Below are positions 38,400-44,689 of a stretch of DNA of 44,689 bases, in pieces; position 1 is the stretch's first letter, and every line of letters starts with the position of its first letter. Position numbers and translations under genes: made by a program. The DNA is from an uncultured Dehalococcoidia bacterium (GTDB lineage: Bacteria; Chloroflexota; Dehalococcoidia; Lucifugimonadales; OSU-TB39). Below the pieces are notes generated by a model. The model was not told the origin of the DNA, did no database searches, and saw only the letters and a program-made list of their open reading frames with translations. The stretch covers positions 1-44,689 of the forward strand of contig CAZYCG010000004.1 of assembly GCA_964645865.1 (NCBI GenBank), read 5' to 3'.

Positions 38400-39569
38400 G
38401 TGCAGGTGACTGAGTTTCTAGAATTTATAAATGCTTCGGGGTTCATGAATATCGGTTGGCAGAATTTTATAATGCTTCTAGTAGGGACTGCATTTATAAT
38501 TTTGGCGATAAGCAAAAATATGGAGCCCTATGAACTGTTACCGATCGGATTGGGAATTTTAGTAGTTAATCTTCCTTTTACGGGTTTAGCAGCTGATCCA
38601 ACATCGTCATCTGGTCATCAAGATGCAGGAATATTAGGTGTAATTTTCCATTACGGTTTATCTTTTTGGAATATAATACCGCCCATAATATTTATAGGGT
38701 TAGGTGCTATGACTGATTTCACTTCAATAATAGCGAATCCTAAAACGATTTTATTAGGTGCTGCAGCACAGATTGGTATTTTCTTAGCTTTTTGGGGTGC
38801 TCTTACAGTTCATTTAATACCTGGTATTACCGGGTTTACCATAGAAGAAGCGGCTGCAATTGGTATAATTGGTGGTGCAGATGGTCCTACTACTATATTT
38901 TTATCAGCAAAGCTTGCGCCACATTTGTTGGGTATTACTGCAGTAATAGCTTATTCCTATATGGCGAGTGTTACTTTTATTCAACCGCCTCTTATGAAAT
39001 TGCTAACTACTCACAAAGAACGGATTATTGAAATGAAGCCTCCTAGAGAAGTTTCTAAATTAGAAAAACTTATTTTCCCTCCGTTAGCAATGCTTATAAT
39101 CATACTAGTGGTGCCAAGGTCTGCTCCATTGATTAGTATGTTCATGATTGGCAATATGTTTAGAGAAAGTGGGGTGGTTCCAAGATTAGCTGATACTGCC
39201 TCTAATGAGTTAATTAATATTGCAACAATTTTCTTGATGCTAACTGTAGGAGCACAATTGACAGCTGATAGAGTTTTTAACCTCGATTCTATATTGATTT
39301 TAGTGTTGGGATTGGTAGCATTTTCAGCAGGGACAGTATCTGGAATAATTTTTGCCAAATTCATGAATATATTCATGAAAGAAAAAATAAATCCCCTAAT
39401 TGGATCGGCGGGAGTTTCTGCTGTTCCAATGGCAGCAAGGATATCTCATCATATAGGGCAAGAATCTAATCCTAAAAGCTTTTTATTGCCGCATGCTTTA
39501 GGACCGAATGTTGCAGGAGTTATTGGTTCAGCGGTAGTAGCTGGGGTTTTCAGTTCCTTGTTGGGATAA
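38400..39569 (+). CDS. oadB: Na+-translocating decarboxylase beta subunit
   Basis: EP..LLPIG.G, GAMTDF, GAAAQ.GIF, IGIIGGADGPT, AYSYMA, GVSAVPMAAR, GPNVAGVIGSA. Confidence 0.96.
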   Translation: MQVTEFLEFINASGFMNIGWQNFIMLLVGTAFIILAISKNMEPYELLPIGLGILVVNLPFTGLAADPTSSSGHQDAGILGVIFHYGLSFWNIIPPIIFIGLGAMTDFTSIIANPKTILLGAAAQIGIFLAFWGALTVHLIPGITGFTIEEAAAIGIIGGADGPTTIFLSAKLAPHLLGITAVIAYSYMASVTFIQPPLMKLLTTHKERIIEMKPPREVSKLEKLIFPPLAMLIIILVVPRSAPLISMFMIGNMFRESGVVPRLADTASNELINIATIFLMLTVGAQLTADRVFNLDSILILVLGLVAFSAGTVSGIIFAKFMNIFMKEKINPLIGSAGVSAVPMAARISHHIGQESNPKSFLLPHALGPNVAGVIGSAVVAGVFSSLLG

Positions 39570-39596
39570 TGAATTATTTAGAGCGGTTTTTAATAG

Positions 39597-40028
39597 ATGG
39601 ATAAGAAATTTAAGATTAAAGTAAGTGAAACATGGTACAGCGTTGAAATTATTGATTTAGATGCTAATAAAGCTATTGTGTCTGTTGATGGTGAAGAGAT
39701 ATCAGTGGAAATAATTGAAGATGTTGTTGGCAATGTTGAACAAGATCCTGTAGTGCCTCTTGAGCAGGACTTTAAAGCCGAAACTCAACCTTCTTCTCCT
39801 AAAAAAATATCTGCTCCTAAAGTTTTTAAATCTCCTATGCCAGGTGTGATAATATCCGTAGCACATAAAGAAGGTGATAATGTTATCACTGGTGATGAAG
39901 TATGTGTTTTGGAAGCAATGAAGATGCAGCAAACATTGAAAGCCGATTGGAGTGGTGTTGTAAAGAAAGTGCATGTTAAATCAGGTGACCAAGTACTTGA
40001 CGGTGATCCAATATTAGAACTTGAATAA
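39597..40028 (+). CDS. Biotin carboxyl carrier subunit (MmdC/GcdC-like)
   Basis: SPMPG, VLEAMKM biotinylation motif; N-terminal double beta-hairpin and Pro/Ala linker. Confidence 0.93.
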   Translation: MDKKFKIKVSETWYSVEIIDLDANKAIVSVDGEEISVEIIEDVVGNVEQDPVVPLEQDFKAETQPSSPKKISAPKVFKSPMPGVIISVAHKEGDNVITGDEVCVLEAMKMQQTLKADWSGVVKKVHVKSGDQVLDGDPILELE

Positions 40029-40045
40029 TCGCAAGGAGATATACT

Positions 40046-41158
40046 TTGGAAAATAACATTACTAAAGTAAATAATTTAGGTCAGTCTATATGGTATGACA
40101 ATATAAGTAAAAAGATGATTTTATCTGGAGAATTGGAAAGTTTAATTAATAAAGGAGTAAGCGGATTAACGTCTAATCCAACAATATTTTTTAAAGCAAT
40201 AACAGGTTCAACAGACTACGATAAGCAATTGAATGAATTAGCATTACAAACATCTGATACTGAGACCATATATGAATATTTAGTAATCGAGGACATACGA
40301 TCTGTAGCAGATTTATTGAAATCAACTTATGAAAAGACAAACGGAGCAGACGGATACGTTTCTTTAGAAGTCAATCCTAATTTGGCTAACGAAACTGATA
40401 AAACTGTTGAAGAGGCTAAAAGACTATTCGAAACAGTTAATAGAAAGAATCTTATGATTAAAGTGCCTGCTACTCCAGCTGGTATACCTGCAATTAGGTC
40501 ACTTATAGGAAAAGGAATTAACGTTAATGTCACTTTGATATTTTCGTTGCAGGCGTACTCTGATGTAAGGCAAGCTTATCTTTTGGGGTTAAATGATTTT
40601 GAAACTATCGGTGGAGATTTGTCTAGTGTTGCTTCGGTAGCGTCTTTCTTTGTTAGCAGAGTTGATACTTTAGTGGATAAAAAACTATCGGAAATAGATA
40701 CAATTTCTTCAACTGGAATAAATGATTTGTTTGGCAAAGCAGCTATAGCTAATGCTCAATTAGCATATAAAGCTTTTAAAAATGATTTTTATTCAGCAAA
40801 ATTTACTGAGCTTAAACGAAAGAAAGCTCGTGTACAACGTCCTTTATGGGCAAGTACTGGAACCAAGAATTCCGAATATAGTGATGTACTTTATCCGGAT
40901 TCTCTCATAGGCAATGACACGGTCAATACTATGCCAGATGCTACATTGGAATCTTTTCTAGACCATGGAAATGTAACTGATTCTTTAGTCGGAGATGAAA
41001 ACCAATTTGAAAAATATTTTGACCAACTAAATTCTTATAATATAAGAATAGAAGATATAACAAGTGAATTGCTTGATGATGGTGTTAAGCAGTTTGTTGA
41101 TTCATACAATGAATTGATAATTGCTATAGAAAAGAAATGCCTACAAATCACCAAGTAG
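40046..41158 (+). CDS. tal: Transaldolase (long type)
   Basis: QSIWYD, TSNPTIF, VSLEV.P, IKVPAT, NVTLIFS, ASFFVSRVD, QRPLWAST; TTG start with AAGGAG. Confidence 0.95.
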   Translation: MENNITKVNNLGQSIWYDNISKKMILSGELESLINKGVSGLTSNPTIFFKAITGSTDYDKQLNELALQTSDTETIYEYLVIEDIRSVADLLKSTYEKTNGADGYVSLEVNPNLANETDKTVEEAKRLFETVNRKNLMIKVPATPAGIPAIRSLIGKGINVNVTLIFSLQAYSDVRQAYLLGLNDFETIGGDLSSVASVASFFVSRVDTLVDKKLSEIDTISSTGINDLFGKAAIANAQLAYKAFKNDFYSAKFTELKRKKARVQRPLWASTGTKNSEYSDVLYPDSLIGNDTVNTMPDATLESFLDHGNVTDSLVGDENQFEKYFDQLNSYNIRIEDITSELLDDGVKQFVDSYNELIIAIEKKCLQITK

Positions 41159-41249
41159 TTATATTAAGCTGAAATCGTTTGCTGAACTTATTTTTTTACA
41201 ATTTCCCAATTTGTTTATTCAAACCAAATATATTATTTGATTCTAGCTT

Positions 41250-41321
41250 GCCAACGTAGCTCAGGGGTAGAGCAATTCTTTCGTAAAGAATAGGTCGTGG
41301 GTTCGAATCCCACCGTTGGCT
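41250..41321 (+). tRNA. tRNA-Thr (anticodon CGT), CCA not encoded
   Basis: Acceptor GCCAACG/CGTTGGC, D stem GCTC/GAGC, anticodon stem ATTCT/AGAAT with CGT at 41282-41284, T arm GTGGG-TTCGAAT-CCCAC. Confidence 0.96.
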
Positions 41322-41339
41322 TAAAATTTGATTTAATTG

Positions 41340-41669
41340 TTAATTAGCTTTTGGAGGCGTATATGGTACTTTGCCTGCATCTTTTAATGCATCTACACCT
41401 TCGTCAGGGGTAATTAATGCAGTTGTTTTAAGATTGGTAACGGCTCCTGCACCAGCTACTGCCATCAGCATTGATGCAATGGTTTTGTTATTAGGTGCTT
41501 CCAAAATCATAACTAGGTCATATTCACCTAAAGCCATAAAAGCCTGGACTATTTTAACTCCAAATTTGCCAAGCATAGGGCTAAGCTTTTCAAATCTGTT
41601 TTCAGGATTTTGCACTTGATTGGCCCAAGCTTCAGAAGTATAAGAACATTGGGTTAAATAATATGGCAT
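41340..41669 (-). CDS. GYD domain protein
   Basis: MP.Y.....YT.E, GEYDLV, AGAGA...KT; GGAGG RBS. Confidence 0.9.
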   Translation of the reverse strand: MPYYLTQCSYTSEAWANQVQNPENRFEKLSPMLGKFGVKIVQAFMALGEYDLVMILEAPNNKTIASMLMAVAGAGAVTNLKTTALITPDEGVDALKDAGKVPYTPPKAN

Positions 41670-41855
41670 TTAATGCCTCCTTTGTTGAATAATTGGTTTT
41701 TGGTTAACATATTTGATTGGTGGATTTACAATCAGATGTGTTCCAATACTCAAAATAAGTATAACAATTCTACGATAGGTAAATATATATCTATAAATGG
41801 AATTTGCAATAAATCAACTCAAACCAAATGTAATGATTTTATAAGAATAAATGTA

Positions 41856-43184
41856 ATGCTTGCCACAGTGTTGAAAATATCAGCTCACAAAAAAGTCATG
41901 GCGATTGCTTTGCCGTTGATTTTATCTAATTTAACAGCTCCTTTACTCGGTTTGGTAGATACTGCAGTTATTGGTCATCTTGGTGAAGCAAAGTTTTTGG
42001 CATCTATAACAGCTGGAGCATGGATTTTCTCATTTTTATATGGCAATTTTATTTTTTTGAGGATGGGAACTACTGGTTTAGCTGCCCAATCATTCGGTTC
42101 GAAAAATTACGATGAATTAGTCAACATTGTTGTTCGTTCTCTTATTATTGGATTATGTTTTGGTATTTTAATTTTATTAATAAGAGATAGCATAATGCCT
42201 TTAGTCAATCCCTTGTTGAATCTGAGTGACGAGGTATCGGAGCATGCTTCATTATATATTTCAATAAGAGCTTTAAGTGCTCCCGCAGCGCTAATGAATT
42301 TCGGTGTTACTGGTTGGTTGATAGCAATGCAAAAAACCAAAGTAGTATTATTTTTGGCATTTGTAGTAAACGGATTGAATGCCATACTAGATGTAATATT
42401 TGTAAATGTTTTTGATATGGGTGTTAGTGGTGTTGCCACTGGTACTTTAATATCCGAATGGATAGCATGTTTGATTGGCCTTGCAGTCGTTTTTTCAACT
42501 ATAAAGAAAATTAATTCGGAAATAACTTTGTCCAGTATTTTTAATAAAAGTTCATTTGGATTACTGTTCAACATAAACGTCGATATATTTTTAAGAACTT
42601 TATGTTTAACGTTAAGTCATCTATGGTTTATAAATAGGAGTTCTACAATAGGAGACTTGCAATTAGCAGTTAATGGTGTTTTATTAAATTTTCATGTATT
42701 TGCAGCATTCTTTATCGATGGTTTTGCATTTACTGCAGAAACATTAGTGGGTGAATCAAAAGGTGCACGAGACTTTAAAATGTTTCGAGAATACGTTATA
42801 ACGTCATCTTTTTGGTGTTTACTGGTAGGTGCTTTTTGTTCCCTCATATTTTTAGGATTAGGGTCCAATATTGTTGAGTTGCTTACGGATATAGACGCCG
42901 TTAATCAGCACTCTGGACCATATCTTATTTGGGTTGTGGTTTTACCTGTAATAGCAGCAGTAAGTTACCAGCTCGACGGAATCTTTTTAGGTGCGACCCA
43001 AACCTCAGCAATGAGAAATGGAATGTTCATTTCCCTGTTAGTTTTAGTAGGTACTTCTTTTTATTTGGTTAGTAATTTTGGTAATCATGGGCTGTGGGGA
43101 TCATTCGTTTTATTTATGTTAGCGAGATGTATTACTCTAGGATTAAAATACAGGAATTTAGAAAAAACAATTGTAGGGGATTAA
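41856..43184 (+). CDS. dinF: MATE family efflux transporter (DinF-like)
   Basis: ALPLILSN...PLLGLVDTAVIGHL, FLRMGTTG, DG.A, DGIFLG; start moved from 41673 to 41856. Confidence 0.9.
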   Translation: MLATVLKISAHKKVMAIALPLILSNLTAPLLGLVDTAVIGHLGEAKFLASITAGAWIFSFLYGNFIFLRMGTTGLAAQSFGSKNYDELVNIVVRSLIIGLCFGILILLIRDSIMPLVNPLLNLSDEVSEHASLYISIRALSAPAALMNFGVTGWLIAMQKTKVVLFLAFVVNGLNAILDVIFVNVFDMGVSGVATGTLISEWIACLIGLAVVFSTIKKINSEITLSSIFNKSSFGLLFNINVDIFLRTLCLTLSHLWFINRSSTIGDLQLAVNGVLLNFHVFAAFFIDGFAFTAETLVGESKGARDFKMFREYVITSSFWCLLVGAFCSLIFLGLGSNIVELLTDIDAVNQHSGPYLIWVVVLPVIAAVSYQLDGIFLGATQTSAMRNGMFISLLVLVGTSFYLVSNFGNHGLWGSFVLFMLARCITLGLKYRNLEKTIVGD

Positions 43185-43194
43185 TTTAAATACA

Positions 43195-43572
43195 TTAAAA
43201 TTCTATGGGTGTGGGAGATTCTAAATGGAATATTTTTCTAACAGGTTCTATTATTGTCCAAGTGGTATTGGTGCCATTTGGTATAAATACTAAATCTCCG
43301 GTATTATATTCTTTAGCATCAGCGTTATCTATAGCGATGGATATTTTGCCTTGAATCAGGTAAAAAGTTTCATTCCAAGTATATTCCCAGTTGAATTTTC
43401 CAATGCTACACGACCATACTCCATTACACAGTAATTTGTTTTCTGATTGCCATAATACAGTTCCATGTGCTTCCGCATCTCCTGATAGTATGTTTGATTT
43501 TTCAATTGGCCATGGGGTAAGTTCAGTATGATGAGCTGTTGTAGATGTAATAGTTCTTTTCGATTCGGACAT
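43195..43572 (-). CDS. Cupin domain protein (DUF861/EutQ-like)
   Basis: GVWSC..G.F.W.Y..NE..Y..QG, GDLVFIP.G....W...E.VRK. Confidence 0.88.
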   Translation of the reverse strand: MSESKRTITSTTAHHTELTPWPIEKSNILSGDAEAHGTVLWQSENKLLCNGVWSCSIGKFNWEYTWNETFYLIQGKISIAIDNADAKEYNTGDLVFIPNGTNTTWTIIEPVRKIFHLESPTPIEF

Positions 43573-43652
43573 TTTTTTCTCCTATGACGGCTTAAGTCTA
43601 AGTATTGTACTTTCTTATGGGGTTTAACTCAAATATCGATAAGTATTTTAGG

Positions 43653-44689
43653 TTAAAACCCTGGGAATTTAATCTGAGTATATTTATTTAAAGTTACCGT
43701 AGTTTTGATGTTTGACACTCCTACTCCAATCATCCGTATTTTGCGGTATGCTAGTAATTCGGGTTTTGCTAAAGATATCACTATCTTACTGATATCCTCA
43801 CTCGCATTAATTGGTGAACCAGAACTGGCTTGTCGTGTTATAGTTTTGAAATCGTGGAATCGTAGTTTTAGTTTTACTGTATTACCAAAAACAGAATCCT
43901 TTGTTAGACTTGTTGAAACCTGTTCGCTAAGACGAATTATGACATCTCTAATTTCATCGATATCTACTATATCTTCAGGTAAAGTAACTTCAGAACTAAA
44001 CGATTTCCGTTTTGATTCATATGTAAGTTGTCGGTCATCTTCTCCGTTTGCTAATTTGATCATTTGTTGGGCTTGATTACCAAATAGCATATTCAGATTT
44101 GCAATAGAAGATTTTGCTAGGTCTTCGATTGTTTGTATTCCTTGTAGGTTTAGACGCTCCGTAGTTTTGGGACCGACGCCCCATAATTTGCCGACGTTCA
44201 TTGGTGCAAGGAACTTTTTTTCAGTTCCAGGTAATACGATAGTTAATCCGTCAGGTTTGTTAATATCTGAAGCGATTTTTGAGATAGATTTGCTTGTACT
44301 TATTCCAACCGAAATAGTTAATCCTAATGCTTGTAATATTGATCGTTTAAGTTCGGTGCCGGTTTTGTACAGATCATCATTATTTTTGATTAAGTGTGTT
44401 ATTTCAAGATATGCTTCGTCTATTGAAAGAGGTTCTATTTTTGTGGTGAACGTTTGAAATATCTCGAAAGCTTGGGCTGAAATTTGTTTGTAACGGTCAA
44501 ATCTTGGATCAATTCGAATTAGATTTTTACATCTTTTTAGAGCAGTTATCATTGGCATTGCTGAATGAATGCCAAATTTTCTAGCTTCATATGATGCAGC
44601 GGCTACGACGCCTCTTGATTCAGGACTGCCGCCGACTACCACTGGTTTATTTCTTAATGAATAATCATCAAATTGTTCAACTGACGCAA
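43653..44689 (-). CDS. dinB: DNA polymerase IV (5' end outside window)
   Basis: ASVEQ...KPVVVGG, SYEARKFGI.SAM, SIDEAYL, KIASD.NKPDG, GVG.KT; frame open to window edge. Confidence 0.95.
   Translation of the reverse strand, partial: ASVEQFDDYSLRNKPVVVGGSPESRGVVAAASYEARKFGIHSAMPMITALKRCKNLIRIDPRFDRYKQISAQAFEIFQTFTTKIEPLSIDEAYLEITHLIKNNDDLYKTGTELKRSILQALGLTISVGISTSKSISKIASDINKPDGLTIVLPGTEKKFLAPMNVGKLWGVGPKTTERLNLQGIQTIEDLAKSSIANLNMLFGNQAQQMIKLANGEDDRQLTYESKRKSFSSEVTLPEDIVDIDEIRDVIIRLSEQVSTSLTKDSVFGNTVKLKLRFHDFKTITRQASSGSPINASEDISKIVISLAKPELLAYRKIRMIGVGVSNIKTTVTLNKYTQIKFPGF

Noticed and set aside
41673-41855. 61-aa N-terminal extension of the MATE ORF
   Set aside because: Asn-rich reading of AT-rich intergenic DNA overlapping the GYD gene's RBS and promoter; MATE similarity starts near 41856
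41700-41855. SOS box upstream of dinF-like MATE
   Set aside because: Only a GTTC half-site seen; dinB upstream region is outside the window
2202-44457. Many antisense or nested ORFs (e.g. 4695-5120, 16497-16913, 23342-23653, 42107-42574)
   Set aside because: Shadows of well-supported genes with no motifs of their own
41250-44689. Genomic island integrated at tRNA-Thr (GYD, MATE, cupin, dinB)
   Set aside because: No integrase, no duplicated tRNA 3' end seen and no obvious composition shift within the window
1-44689. CRISPR arrays, IS elements, prophage genes, rRNA, riboswitches
   Set aside because: No repeat-spacer periodicity, transposase or phage ORFs seen; intergenic regions are short and AT-rich. 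An Rfam scan would be needed to exclude small RNAs

Overview
AT-rich, densely coded bacterial chromosome segment with no mobile element or CRISPR array. Gene content (11-subunit complex I lacking nuoEFG, PAC2-family protein, type II glutamine synthetase, GYD protein, Gram-positive-type LexA box) suggests Chloroflexota/Dehalococcoidia, possibly marine SAR202-like; this is an inference. In order: ispD; alpha/beta-hydrolase, EVE, Yip1 and DEDDh exonuclease genes; glnII; a suf operon (sufBCD-sufU-rrf2-sufS-sufU2-tatD-GH-like) with a candidate Rrf2 operator; a prenyl synthase/yjbQ/phytoene-squalene synthase/nucleoside hydrolase cluster; nuoABCDHIJK-(small ORF)-LMN; nadK, NUDIX, M20 peptidase, PAC2; an orphan ftsZ behind a LexA-box promoter; PHP hydrolase; M19 dipeptidase-like gene; pxpABC divergent from oadG-oadB-biotin carrier; tal; tRNA-Thr(CGT); GYD, MATE, cupin; dinB (cut by the window edge). 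Best candidate for an undescribed system: a Na+-translocating decarboxylase membrane module with no alpha (carboxyltransferase) gene, head-to-head with pxpABC, whose PxpC has an extra C-terminal beta-hairpin repeat resembling the N-terminus of the biotin carrier. Second: an apparently SOS-regulated small protein plus ftsZ paralog lacking the conserved C-terminal tail. All calls come from motif recognition by eye; no database searches were run.
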